From Pseudovirgaria hyperparasitica (Eukaryota): a stretch of DNA of 64,000 nucleotides. A program made the translations under genes and the position numbers. The stretch lies in NCBI GenBank assembly GCA_010093815.1, contig ML996589.1. The stretch is one strand, 5' to 3'. The notes beneath the pieces were generated by a model, which was not told the DNA's origin, did no database searches, and was given only the letters and a program-made list of their open reading frames with translations. Below, one piece after another: positions 29,017 to 42,360 of this stretch (its first letter is position 1; each line of letters begins with the position of its first letter).

Positions 29017-29916
29017 TCAAGTCTCCTCAACAGCAGTAACGGTCGCCGCCGTTTTCGCGGCCAGACGCGCCGAACGACGAAGGGGTGCATGAACAGTATT
29101 GATACTACAAGTCCCGACCATCACAGGAGCCAGGTTCGATGAAGTAAGCGGAGACTGGGACTTCGAGGAACCATTACCATTAGTGGCAGTACCGCTCTGC
29201 TTCTTCAAGGACAACCCAGTGGTGTCATGAGTGGTCAATTTGGTACCACGACTGGTGGTGCTGATGCGGGACTTGCTCGCAATCGAGGGGATTTTGTCGC
29301 ATTTCGTCGTAGGAGGAACGGCGACAGAGTCGTTAATGTTAACAGCGCTGGATCTCTTAGGCTGGATGCGGAGGCTAGCGGGAGTGATAACAATCTCTGT
29401 ACATAGATCCGGTGCAATGGCGCGGGCCATCTGTGGCGTTGAATCCGACTGGTGTCTATCCTTCCTTGCTGAGCGGGAGAGTCCGGCGGTGTTGAGTTTG
29501 ACATGCTCACGCAAATTCGTGCTATGACTCGCAATAGTAGATTCACCTCCAGCTGATCCAGCGACGTTGATGACACCATCATGTTCAAGCTGAACTTGCT
29601 CGAGACGATTCGCAAGCCGGATAGCATGTCTATCATGGAGATTCACCTTATGAAGGGCTCCGAGGTTAGGGCTAGATTGCGGCTAGGTATAGACTGTAAG
29701 TAAGGGTACGGCGAGCTTGGATCCATTAATACATACCTGGGGTGCCCTGATGAGTGGTACATAGTCAGTCTCATCAATAGTCTTATTGTCACTGGTGTGA
29801 GAGGATGGGGACAACAGTGCAACGGAGTTTGCTGAACGCGTCAATGGCCTGCCGGAAGGAGAGAAGCGAATGCCCAGATATTGCTTCTCCCGCCGTTGAT
29901 AAATCTTGCTAGACAT
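29017..29916 (-). CDS. Hypothetical Ser/Thr-rich protein; intron ~29647-29736
   Basis: CAG/GTATGT donor and ATAAG acceptor join ORF 29683-29928 in frame to ORF 29017-29646; C-terminal LRRSARLA basic motif. Confidence 0.5.
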
Positions 29917-30486
29917 GGTAGAGCACATGTAGACAGTAGAAAGAAGGACGCCAAAGGCTGCTGGGAAGGATTAAGAGAGACGAGGGAATAGTAATCGGCA
30001 AGACTAATGAGGTACTTATAATAACAGAAGTAGGTGAATGAACGAGCCAGGGGAGAACCTACTTGCATAGAAACAGCCCTTTGCTTGTCAGACAAAACGG
30101 GCTTGACACACAGCTTGACCGGTTCGTGGGATGTTTGTTGTCTCAGCAGCGAACTTGTGTATTGGCGCCAATAAAATACATCGAAATGGCAGAACGTACT
30201 AGAGAACATAGCTCCGGAGGACTGTGTTGCATGAAACAACTTGGGCGACGATAGCCAGAAGGGTGGAGGTCAATTGAGGCCTGCCTGCGATTGTTTGCCC
30301 GATGCATTGAATCGGTGGCAAAGCTCAGATCCATAAGATCAAAGTAGGCATGGGAAGCGCAGCCACCAACTACCCCCAGTTTGTTCTTTGATATGCATTA
30401 ACGAGGCAGTTCAACCAAAGCTGTCGCCGCGCGCACGCTTCTTCGGTGGTGACTCTGAAGTCATTAGGCACCGCCGCTGGGATCGG

Positions 30487-31500
30487 CTAAAAAGGACGCG
30501 GGATCTCTCCTAGCCCTTGTGTAGATGGCGAAAATTCGTTCGTGAGCGATGGTGTAGACTTCAATACTTGGCTTTGAGATGTGATCGCAGGTCTGGACAT
30601 ACCAGTGTCGAGCTGTTTCTGGAGCGTGGCTCTGATCAAAGCGAGGCGCTCGCCTGTCGCGTAACCAGCCACATTCCGCAAGTACGATCTAAACTTTCGT
30701 ACATCATCTTCTTCTCGCAAATGTCCGCGGAGTATAACCTCCATACGGTACCTGAGAGAGTCAGGCGAACCCTCACGCCAATGTATCCACATATCGAAGC
30801 TGTTGGTATCACACGTCAAGCTAAAGTGGAAGGCTTCGGCTGCTGTTGGCATGTACCCTGTGCCACCGTTGAAGGCGTGTATGTACCTGACAACGGCAGC
30901 TCCGTCTCTTGCGCCTCGTAGTCTTGCAACAGAGTGTCCCTCGGTGCTAGTGAACTTCTTCTTCTACTGAACTGTAAAGAACGGAAAATGGACCGAATTC
31001 GTCAGCGCATCTGATAGCTCTACTGACTGTATTAGTACTGTTCTTTGAATCTAAGGGAATCAAACAAACCGATGGAACAAGGGCTCCTCCGCTAGGCTAA
31101 TTGAGGGCTCCGTCATTGCCTCCATGGCTGTCTCAGTGGTGGCATATCCGAGCACCTGGTCTGGATGAGGTTCTGACAGTAGTCCGCAAGCGACTCTAGT
31201 CTCGGGCCTTGATGAAGGCTAAGTTCATTGCCATATCAATGCCAGGCTCTTCTGGTAGTTCGATGATGTCCTTCAAGCCTTGGATTGCGCCTTGTTCCGT
31301 TCGCGTCTCTGCCCTCCGGCGGACCCTCTCGATTTGTTCTGGGGTTCTAGTAGACGGCGATGTTTTCAGTCTCTGAATATGCTCCACGTGTTGTTTGACC
31401 GCAGGCGGCCAATCCTGCGAACTTCGATCTATTGTTATGCCATACTAAGTAAGTCTAGATTTATCATCGTATTTAGATCGAGGATTACGAGTGAACCTGG
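30487..31500 (-). pseudogene. Decayed fungal PD-(D/E)XK-like (restriction-endonuclease-fold) protein; N-terminus likely extends into RIP island 31500-31960
   Basis: Minus-strand fragments PDQVLGY, HFPFFTVQ*KK, GARDGAAVV, FSLTCD...MWIHWRE...LRNVAGYATGERL; pattern typical of these fungal families. Stops and frameshifts present. Confidence 0.5.
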
Positions 31501-33245
31501 ATTTAGTATAACTACTTAATATATAAGAATTAAGTAGAATATAGTATATAGAACTTAGAGATAGATAAGCTATATTATAGTCTAATATAGCTTATCTATT
31601 TACTATTTATTTATATCTTATTAATACTTACTATAATATCTACTTAATCTTATTAAAGCGCCTTAAATATTCTTATCTATTAGAAAGCTAAAATACTTCT
31701 ATATTATAGACTACTTTAGAAATAAGCCGCTTCTACTTCTTAGAGTATATAGATATATTATACTAGTTTAGAGTATTAGAGCTTTCTCTAGTACTTAGTT
31801 CTATCTATAATTACTAGATCTAAGTTTCTTCTCTTTTCTTCTAGCTTTATAATTAATTTTAGATATATATATATATCTATTAATAGTAGTCTATAGTAAT
31901 TAGTATTATTAGTTATAATTAAGATAGAAGAATCTAGAAGCCGTTAAAGTAACTAGATAGATAAATAGCTAAGCATTTAAATACGGAAGATAGGGACCCA
32001 TACTACACTATGCTAGTGTACCGTATGCCCGCCTAGATTCCAATCATACTTCCGTTACCCCACTACTTACCCGCACGCTACGCCACTTCTATATGCACGC
32101 TAAAGTACCGCACGGCATTTTAGGTCCACTATCACGAGCATCTCCATTCTATGACATGGATACGCATATATCCATATACAAGCCGCAAAGCTACTAACAC
32201 CTATGGCACTTATTTACTAACGTTTGAGTGCTAAGCTACGTAGAGCCTTAGGAACCTAAAGCATGACTATACATACTACCATGACCATGCCCAAGTTTAT
32301 CTATGTGCAGAATCAGGCTTGACATTGCCGGTGGGTACGGGATAGTATAAGTATAAGTATACCCTTAATAGTTTCATGGTTCTAAATGACCATAGCTTGA
32401 CGAGCACGCCACGTACATCTAGAGGACAGGGAACCAGCTGCAAGCCACCATGAGAACATCGTCCAGTTAGACTTCGTCCGGCAATCGCGATCGTGGGAGA
32501 AGTCAGGAATCGAGAATTCTTGTAGAAAGTCCATAATGCAGGCCGGTGAACACGGGAATGCCAGTTGGGGGTAGTTGATTGCGCGAATTTCGGTGAAGGC
32601 ATGTCTCATCAGACAGATGGTCGACCGGAAAGCAGGGCTTCTGTATGGCTTGAGTGATTGCATGTATGCGAAGCTCGTAACGAATGGGACAGGTGTGCAA
32701 TATTTAGATATTCGATTTGCGGACCAAGAGAACCGTTGCCTCGCCTGGTTTTCCTGGCTCCACACCAAGTCCCATTTATTAAGCTACCGTTGGTTGTGAA
32801 ACAGCATAGAGCCCGACAGAACTTGCAGACGGGTAAGGTAACGTTAAGAAGGACCCTGTCAATATATGCCAGCGGGATACTTCGTCTAGGGAGACAACAG
32901 AAGCCTTGTAGGATATCATCCAGTGGAAATGGAGTCCGGATGTCCCCCTTCACCGCAAGTTCGACAACGGCTCGCCAATGGATCTTACTCGAGGTCATGA
33001 GAATGCATGTACTCCCCTGTGATTAAATTCTCAAATCAAACGAAGTTTATAACGAAAAAGAAATACTTCTTGATGTCCTTAGGCTACTGTGCTGCGTGCA
33101 GAGTATACCCGGCCGTACCAGCCGACATTACGGTCGTATCAAGCCCAAATATTGCCCATTTCCGCTCTTCCTCGCACTTTTGCTTCACTCAGATTTAGCC
33201 TATATTACACTGTTCAGAACCCTCAACGAGCGCCATATCAATCCT

Positions 33246-36200
33246 ATGGATAGGTTTAGTCAACACAGGCGGGGAAGAGGATTCGGGAGCGGATTCGGGA
33301 GCGGATTTGGGCGGGGCAATCCAGGGCAAGGCAACAGGGAAAGAAACGAGGCCAGCCTCAGGCCATGTCATTATTTTTCAAAGAATGGCTATTGTAAGTT
33401 TGGCTTATCATGCAAGTTCTTCCATGGTCCGTCAATCGTAGATAGAGATAGGAGACAGAATCATGGAGGACGACCGCCCGGATCTAAGGAGACACCCGAG
33501 CAACAACAGGCCAGAGTGGACTACAATGCGTGGCGCCGATTCATCAAGGTATCACCTACTAGAACTGACGAGAGAACAATGGAACAGCTTTGGAGTGATG
33601 GTCTTGCCATCTTGAATGGCGACAATCTAGAATGGCAGCAAATGTTGCCACGCGATCTGGACAGCGACGACTATCAAGGCAGGGAACATATTAAGGATGT
33701 ACTAGAGCTGCGATCAAGCCCAGGAGAAGAGCACAACTTCGTTCGCATTGCGCGTTCGTTTCTCTCCGTCATCACTCATCGGGCTCTCCTAGACTGCCTC
33801 TCGGTTGATACCGCTGTTGGAGCGCTTTATAATTTCGTGAGTGGCGCGAATGGGAACCGTGCGATTGCATTCTTCCAGCATCTTTCCCAAACGCTAGAAG
33901 AGTCTTATTTAAAATCCGCCGACTCTATCGCAACGATCCAGACTATTCTACAGACCATGCTGGTAGCACTTCGAGAGCTCCTTGGGAGAGAGCCTCGCGC
34001 TAGATTGAACGAAAACATTACATCTTTACTAGATCAAATGGAAGAGACTACCAAGTTAATCGCTAGAGATACACGCGATTTGATCATGCCAATCACCCTA
34101 GGTCAGATCAATGAAATCCGCGCTATTGTTGCACGAGCAAACGGACTTCTTGCACAAGATGATACTAGACAGATGAAAACTATCACCAAGTCAGCATATC
34201 CCCGCAACCTGGTAATGCCACAAGATCGCCATGATAACGACAAGCCTGATATTGCTAATGTCAAGATCTTTCCGACTTCTGAGGAAATTATGAGCGATGC
34301 GATTGACTTTTTACCCTCCACCGATCTCGACCAACCTCACTTCCTTCAAGACAAAGTTGAAAGACATATCGATACATGCTTTCGTCTTCTTCGTCATGAC
34401 ACATTTGGAGAATTGAAATCGGCTTTAGGGTCATTCTTGCATACCGTACAAGGCGATCCGGCTTGTATTAACCATCCAAAGCTTAGTCTCGGGGATATTC
34501 GAGCTTTCCACTACTTGCATGCGTTCATTAGCTATATCTCATTTGATCGTCGGCATGGTCTCGAAATGAATATAACATTCAGACAAATCCCGCAGCTACG
34601 CCAGAAATCAGCGAAAGAGAGACAAAAATGGTGGCAAGACTCAAAAAGACTTGGCGAGGGTGTTCTTCTCTCATTAATCGCAGTTCAAGACGATCAAGTT
34701 CAGCACTTATTCTTCACGGTTAGTAGAAGAGATACGGACACGGGACACGATGGGAGCCTTACAAAGGAAAATGCTCAATGCACCATTACTTTAAAGCTGG
34801 TGGCCACCGATCAGACACAAGTAGCTTTGGCCGTTTCCTTGAGCTGCCAAAAGACACAGGGGATCCTTCTAGAGTTTCCTGGTACCATTCCCGCTACGTT
34901 TGTACCGATTCTCGAGAACCTAAAGAGAATGCAAAAGTTTAGCAGGCTACCTTTCAAAGACTGCATTCTCCCTGACCAAATTGACGACACCCGGAATCGA
35001 AAAGGCGGCAGCACTCTTGACATACTAGCCCCACTTTACGCTCGTCATCCTGGATTTGCTTTCAACTTGAAGTCCATTCTCAAGATAGATGCGGTGGGAA
35101 ACGATGACATCTACGTGCTACCAACATCTTCTCCTAATGACGCAGCTATCATTGACACAGTTGAAGCTCGCACCGCACTAGATCGCGGCCAGAGTCAAGC
35201 CTTGATATCAGCGTTGACGCGAGAATTTGCATTCATCCAAGGCCCGCCTGGTACTGGAAAGTCGTATCTTGGTATTGAGTTGATGAAGGTTTTGATGGAC
35301 TGTAAATCAAGAGTAGAGTTGGGGCCTATCATTGTGGTGTAAGTTGGGGTCTCAAATCTCAAGTGCTTGGCTAACGATAGACAAGGTGCTACACAAATCA
35401 TGCGCTCGATCAGTTTCTTGAGCATTTAATTGACATCGGAGTCAAAAAGACCATTCGTATCGGAGGTCAGAGCCATTCCACTGTTCTGGAAGAGCACAAC
35501 CTTCGAAAGATTTCCCAAAGCGAAGGCAAAACAAGATCGGAAGGTTTCCTCCTTCACAAGTCATACGAGCGTTTAGAGCAAGAGTGTGAGAGAATTAAGA
35601 AGAGCCTAGGGCGCCTTCATGGCACTTTTAGACATGCCAACTGGTCGAATTTGCAATATCACCTCATGTACAGGTACTCAACGATTCATGACCAATTTAG
35701 TCGATTTGACGAAGACGGTTTTGAGCGGGTTGGTAAGCCTCTTTTTGATGCCTGGATTCCTCCTACTAGCAATGATCGCCCAGTCACGGAAAATGGCAAG
35801 ACGGAACCGGCGGCCACCTTGATCAACCACATTTTAGACAAGGCAGCAGCCAATGTCCATTCCTTGGCACAGGAGGAGAGGCAAATGCTGATGCGCTTTT
35901 GGTGTCAAGAGATCCATGATACTGCTCTCGATGATCTTTATGAAAGGTTGAAAATGACAGAGTCCGCGCAAAAGCAACTTGCCGACATCCATGACGAAGT
36001 TGATCGGCGAGTGCTTCAAGCTGCGGACGTCATTGGAATTACGACAATAGGACTAGCGAAAAGGATTTCCACGCTGCAGCGTGTGCGATGCAAGATTGTG
36101 ATCTGTGAGGAAGCTGGAGAAGTCATGGAACCGCACATGATATCTGCGTTGCTTCCGACGGTAAGTCGCTCCCAGAAACAGCACTGTGGCAGTGTAAGCG

Positions 36201-39200
36201 TACTAACGACAACATTTATAGGTTGAGCATCTGATCCAGATCGGAGACCATGAACAACTTCGTCCGCAGATAAACAACTATGGTCTTTCGCTCGAAAGCA
36301 AGCAGGGTGAGTTGTACCAATTAGATCGAAGCCAGTTTGAAAGGCTGTCCGTTGGGCAACCTGGGCGACCTCGGATCCCTGTAGCTCAGCTAAACGTACA
36401 GCGACGTATGCGTCCTGAGATATCGAAGTTGATACGGGAAACCATCTATCCTAGTTTGATCAATCACGACACAACCATCGACCTTCCAGACGTCGTTGGA
36501 ATGCAGAAGAATGTATACTGGCTGGATCATGACCATTTGGAAGAGGGAAAAAACTCCGACATGCACCAAAAGTCTCATTCTAATATTTGGGAGGTGGAAA
36601 TGGTGCACGGATTGATCCGCCACATTGTTCGACAGGGTGTCTACAGAAGCAGCGATATCGCTGTCTTGACACCTTACACTGGACAGTTACAGAAGCTTCG
36701 CTCAGTGATGAGAAACGACTTTGAGATCGTGCTTAGCGACCGAGATCAAGAGGCACTTGATAAGGACGGATTTACCGAAGGCGACGCAAGTCTTCAACAA
36801 GGAGCTGCCGGGCAGCAGTCGTCCTCCTCCAACGCCGTTTTGGAAAAGAAGAAGCTCAGTGATCTCTTACGGATTGCAACTGTGGACAACTTCCAAGGTG
36901 AGGAGGCCAAGGTGATCATTGTCTCTCTTGTCCGGAGCAATAAAGAAAAGAAAGTCGGATTCCTCAGGACGACAAATCGAATCAATGTTCTTCTCAGTCG
37001 AGCCCAGCACGGACTGTACCTGATTGGTAACTCTGATACATATTCAAACGTTGAAATGTGGCAGAAAGTTATCAACATGCTTCGATTAGCTGACGCAGTC
37101 GGAACAACTTTGGGGCTTAGCTGCCCGCGCCATATTGAAACCGAGATCATAGTCCACGAGCCTCATGACTTTCCCAAAGTCAGTCCAGAAGGAGGATGTC
37201 GTCTTGCATGTCTCTGGCGCTTGCCTGGATGTGGCCATATGTGCCAGTCTAGATGTCATTCGGAAAGTATGCACAGTGCATTCTTGTGCGCACAGCCTTG
37301 TCAAAGGCTACTTGAACCATGCGGACATGCTTGCCAGAAGCCGACGTGCGGAGAGAATTGCGGAAGATGTCACATCAAGCTGAATAATGTGCCGCTTCCT
37401 TGCGGGCATTTCAAAGATAATGTACTCTGCTTCCAAGCACAGAATCCTGGTCTACTCTGCTGCTCCATTCTGGTTGAGAAGCTTGTCCCATCCTGCGGAC
37501 ATACCGTAAAAGTGACCTGCTCAATCGACGTGGCGTCGGAAAGATATCGTTGCTCAAACCCATGCGCCTCAACATTACCCTGCGGCCACAACTGTCCGGG
37601 ATCGTGTGGTAGCTGTAATGCCAAGGGCGTTGAAGGCAAAGTGTCGACGTCACACCAGAAATGCACCAAATTGTGTAGCCGTCGATTTGGCACCTGTAAT
37701 CATTCCTGTCAAAAGGCTTGTCATGGAAAAGACTGCGGTCCTTGTCTCTCTCCCTGCGAAGTCCGCTGCCAGCATTCGAAATGCACCCTGCGCTGCCACG
37801 AACCATGTGCGCCATGCATTGAAAGATGCACATGGGAGTGCCAACATCGTGGACGGTGCACCATGTAAGTTTTATGTCTCTGCGAGCTTGTTATCTTCGA
37901 TCAACTGAGCTGATGCTGACCTTTTTCTTTCTTCTCAGGCCGTGCTCTGCACCTTGTAACAGACTGCCCTGTGATCAGCGTTGCTCGAAGAGTCTTCCTT
38001 GTGGCCATCAGTGTCCAGGTATATGTGGTGAAGCATGCCCAACCGACTACTGTCACGCCTGTGGCTCCAAGCCAGATGCCAGAGTTGATCTTCTGGAAAT
38101 GAAAAGCTACAGCGAAATCAAGATCGACGAGACTCCAATCGTGGTTCTCGGATGTGGGCATTTTTTCACAGCAGAGTCGCTGGATGGTCTTGTGGGTATG
38201 AGCGAAGTTTATACTACCGATGTGTTTGGAGACTTCACTGGCCTAGCAGATATCAGCGGCTCTTTAGCGATGAAAGTACCCAAGTGCCCAGACTGCCAAC
38301 AGCCAATCATGCAATACATAACTCAGCGATACAACCGAGTCATCAACAGAGCGGTGATTGATGAAATGTCAAAAAGATTCTTGGTTAATGGTAAGACTGA
38401 GCTCCAAGAGCTGGAAACGAACGTTGAGGATCTTGAGTCAGGCCTCGTGGAGTCGAGGGAAAACATTAAGGACTCTGTAGAAAACTTGACGTCAAAGATT
38501 CGAACCCGATATCATGAATCCAAGAAGCTACAAAGTAAGCTTGAAGATTTCCTCCGGAACGTTGCAGATCGACATCAGCCGGCTCATAAACTCCACGAGG
38601 CCGTTGTCCAGGCTAGTAGGAGCAACAGTACAGACGATCCTGCATCTATTGCTGATGCATTTGGTTCACTGAGTATCCACCGAAACAGCATTGGCCCCGT
38701 CGAGCGAGACCGCAGAGTCACCTTTGGGGGTCGCGTTCTGCAGATGAAGGCGGAGTCCATCATACTAGAAGACAAGTTCCAGATCATAAAGAAGCTTCGA
38801 TCCGGTCCATCCAACGAAGACGCGAAACTCTCCGGCGGAAATCCACAAGATCTTACGAAATCTTTCATGAAAGCTTGCGCATTACTAATAAAGGACTGCG
38901 AGATCGAGAAGCTTCCTAAACTCGCAGTAGAAGCTTCAATCCACTTCGCCACAAACGCACAACTCTACCGCTCATCTCAATTGTCCGGTGAAGATAGAAA
39001 GAAGGCTACCGAGTACGTAGAAGAGGCGAAGGATTTGCTGAAGCAAGCGCATGAACTATGCGAGCAACCCTTTCATAATGCAAATCAACTGAAAACTTGC
39101 GTCGAGGAAAACATCCAGATTCTTGGAAGGGAGTGGTACGAAGAAGTGACTGCCAAAGAAGTTGCCGAAATCAAGAAGGCCATGGTAAGTGGTAGAGGAG

Positions 39201-39428
39201 GCATCGCAACACACTCGGGTCACTGGTACAATTGCGCAAACGGACATCCTGTAAGCATCACAGTTAGCAAATACACAGTGTAGAGGCTAACACCCCAGTT
39301 AGTTTGCTATCGGTGAATGCGGAATGCCGATGCAACTTGCGCGCTGTCCGGAATGCGGCGCGGCTGTTGGAGGATCAAGTCATCAGGCTGTCGAAGGTGT
39401 TACCAGAGCCGCACAAATGGAAGAATAA
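33246..39428 (+). CDS. ZNFX1: ZNFX1-like protein: CCCH finger, UPF1-like SF1 helicase, NF-X1 zinc-finger array, C-terminal RZ finger; introns 35339-35385, 36161-36221, 37865-37938, 39251-39302
   Basis: CHYFSKNGYCKFGLSCKFFH; RHDND; IQGPPGTGKS; CYTNHALDQF; EEAGE; IGDHEQLRP; QRRMRPEI; TVDNFQGEE; RINVLLSRA; many C/H repeats; HWYNCANGHPFAIGECGMPMQLARCPECGAAVGGSSH. Four canonical GT-AG introns restore one frame. Confidence 0.93.
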
Positions 39429-39582
39429 GAGTATATATGGTGGATAAAGCATCTGTGACAATTGAAGAGACTCGGATCCGGACCAATGGCGCGGATTCGG
39501 GCCAGAGTCAGGTGTTGGCTCAGCTAGGGAGTGGTAGAATAGACTTCATCTGTCCTCAACACGTATTGCCGACTCACAATTG

Positions 39583-40467
39583 TTACATTGCCACTAACGA
39601 CAAGAACCGTGGTCGCCACACTCGTTCGGCCCAATCCATTAGCCAATGCAAGACTGCTACTACCTTCATTGCATCGAAGCAAGACCTCGAGCTCCCGATA
39701 GTAATCTGCTCCCACACGGTCATCTTCTGGTTATTCTTAGAGACGATTAATAAGTGCCAATCATGACCCTGCGCAACAAGAAGCGGGAGAGCAGGCCAGG
39801 GTCCAACCGTAGTGCCCTGAATGAGAGAAAGACGTTTCAGTAGAGCATCCGTCCATATTGCAATCTGTGGTTTACCGTCAGTCCATGATTTCATGGGACT
39901 CTTAGCGTCCACATGGATTGCGATGGGATTGCGACGCGCTCGAGTTGTGTGATTCCAAGACTTGATGGACAAGCCGGGGAGTGGACGAAGGCGGGTCCAG
40001 GCCTGGTTTATGGTCGAGTCGGGCTTGAAAGTGACAACGTAATCAATAGCCCGCCCAGGGAGAATAGACCTGGCGAGCGATCCGGGTTCAATTTTGGCCG
40101 TTTTTCTACTGACGATCAGTATACGATTCCGGCTGTAGAGAGTGCGAACCAACACATTAACAATCTCAAGGGTCCGCGAGTGCTTGCATGTGTCACAGGC
40201 AAGTTTGAGTAGTGGGTGCTGGACCTCAGAATTCCACCAATCCTCAGAAGCACCTGGTCCACGATCATGTTGTCGTGCTTTCTCTACAATACCCAGTATT
40301 TGCGGTGGGGTAGGCATGGTGCCAATCTTACAGCGCTGCTCCAGGTCGGTCGCCCATGAGTATTGGTAACGCATCCTTTCCACGGCCGGCAAAGCAGACA
40401 GTTCATCCATGCTATCGTACCCCAGTATCCCAATGCCGTCGGCGAATCGTTGAATTGGTGTGCGCAT
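39583..40467 (-). CDS. Fungal PD-(D/E)XK nuclease-like protein; N-terminus upstream appears frameshifted or decayed; possible in-frame intron near 40106-40153
   Basis: SEDWWNSEVQHPLL, AIDYV, WNHT, PIAIHVDAKSP, QIAIW, LPLLVAQGHDW pattern characteristic of this fungal family. Confidence 0.65.
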   Translation of the reverse strand: MRTPIQRFADGIGILGYDSMDELSALPAVERMRYQYSWATDLEQRCKIGTMPTPPQILGIVEKARQHDRGPGASEDWWNSEVQHPLLKLACDTCKHSRTLEIVNVLVRTLYSRNRILIVSRKTAKIEPGSLARSILPGRAIDYVVTFKPDSTINQAWTRLRPLPGLSIKSWNHTTRARRNPIAIHVDAKSPMKSWTDGKPQIAIWTDALLKRLSLIQGTTVGPWPALPLLVAQGHDWHLLIVSKNNQKMTVWEQITIGSSRSCFDAMKVVAVLHWLMDWAERVWRPRFLSLVAM

Positions 40468-40959
40468 CAGCGTGACATCTTCCGGCTCCGGCCCATCCCC
40501 ATCCAGATCGTCATCGAAGTTACGGAAAACGACCGGGTTTTCTTCATCCTCGAGTATTTGAATCTGTTTTACGGGGCTAAACGTCCACTTTGCCGTGAAT
40601 GGACGTCATAGGCGTCGGAACTTGCCTCGCTCGAGGGAGTAGGTGGCCTTGAATGTCAACAGGAGTCAGCGATTCTTCACGAATTGACAGCAGATCGCAT
40701 ACAATTCTTGAAGCGACTGGATCTCATCAATCCAGACCTCGATGCTACGGTTCATGAAGCCGATGGCGGTGCTGGGAAAGGCATCTTGACGACAGAACAC
40801 GGTCTGTTTGTTGTTCGTTGTTGTGAGGACTTTGGCGACCGTGATAGCCGAGAATTGCCCGCCGGCGACTAGATTAGATCTAGACTAATTAGCGACAGAG
40901 GCGAGGAAGATGCGACAGACGACGTACATAAGAGAGTAACAGATTCACTCGGAGAGGTA

Positions 40960-42360
40960 TAGTCTGATAGCTCGCGCAGCCTGGCCCTCTTGTGCAGCGC
41001 CTATCCTCTCCAGCATGATTTCCTCGTCAACCTTAGAGTCTTCACGCCTGGTGTTCTTCAATCCACTCTGCACACCTCCAGCTCCTCATCACCGTGTTGC
41101 TCCGCATTGCCCATATACTTTGCCAATTCCAAGACATGGCTGGACATCACCTTCCTCTGCAGATCCTTGACGCAAATAAGGTACGAAGGATATGCGTAGT
41201 AGATCCAGCCATGACCGTCGGGGCAGGAGAAGGAAGACGGAGTCCATTTCAGGTTGGCCATTGACTTCAAGCCTTTGGGAATGGACAGGAGTTTGGTTTT
41301 GGTGCCGGCGGTGTTGGCCGGTGCTGCAGGTGACAAGACGCGTCGCTTTGATGCTGAGGTCCCCTCGCTTGACACGTCGCTTGACCGTATCTTGCGCCCC
41401 GGTATACGCTGCCTGTCCTGCTCTTGCTGTCGTGGCTCCTGGTCTTCATCGCCCAGCTGGCCAGTTAGCTTATCTAGGTGCTTCGTCCACTGTGGCCTGT
41501 TCGCTTTCACCTGTGGAGGATCTGTCTCGTGCGTGTCCTGCGTGTCCTGCGTGTCCTGCGTGTCCTGCGTGTCCTGCGTGTNNNNNNNNNNNNNNNNNNN
41601 NNNNNNNNNNNNNNNNNNNNNNNNNNNNNNNNNNNNNNNNNTGCGTGTCCTGCGTGTCCTGCGTGTCCTGCGTGTCCTGCGTGTCCTGCGTGTGCTGAGT
41701 GTGCTGCGTGTCCTGCGTGTCCTGCGTGTGCTGAGTGTGCTGTGTGTCTTGCGTGTCCTGCGCTTCTCCTGCCTTGCACAGACGATCTGTATCTAGTATT
41801 CGCGTCGTCATCGTCTCTTCCGCCGTGTCTCGAGTGGCCGGCGTGGATCATTGCTTTTCTACCCTTCTAAGCCACTTGAAGACTAGTTTTAGCTCATCGG
41901 CCTACATCTCCGACTATTAAGCCATCTTCCCTAACATGGCTATCAGAGAATCCATACGGGCATCTTTGCTTGGATCTGGTTTTGGAGATACTGCCGTACG
42001 GGATGGGGTGCTTTGGCTGGTCGCGATTTGGTCGAGAGGTGGCGCCGTAGGACTCGCAGCGGCGGCTTAACTATATTAGTCTTTTGAAATAGAGGCTGGA
42101 GGACTCAAGAGAGTAACGTACTTATGACAGCTCGCCCAACTCCCTCTAACGTTCCTGTGGCTTCCAGGCTACTTCAGCATGCATGGGGGACACCACTGGA
42201 GCCTCCTATAGGCTTGCTGTATTGGTGTTTGGCGTGCTAGGAGTGAATGTAGCATGCTGGAGCGTGGAGTGTCTGGGTGTTTGTGTGGTGCAGTTGTAGC
42301 GTCGCGTTGCGTCGCCTGTGACAGGAGATCGACTGGATCTAGCCTAGTGACGTTTTTTTG
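40960..42360 (-). pseudogene. Paralog 2 of the 23345-24656 orphan gene, with internal QDT repeat; disrupted
   Basis: Shared core with 23345 ORF; upstream TSRPNRDQPKHP matches TSRPSHHEPKHP at ~24250-24290; frame changes and stops. Confidence 0.6.
41529..41762. repeat. 9-bp tandem repeat (tgcgtgtcc)n, reading (QDT)n on the minus strand; spans gap 41582-41641
   Basis: Direct reading. Confidence 0.9.
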
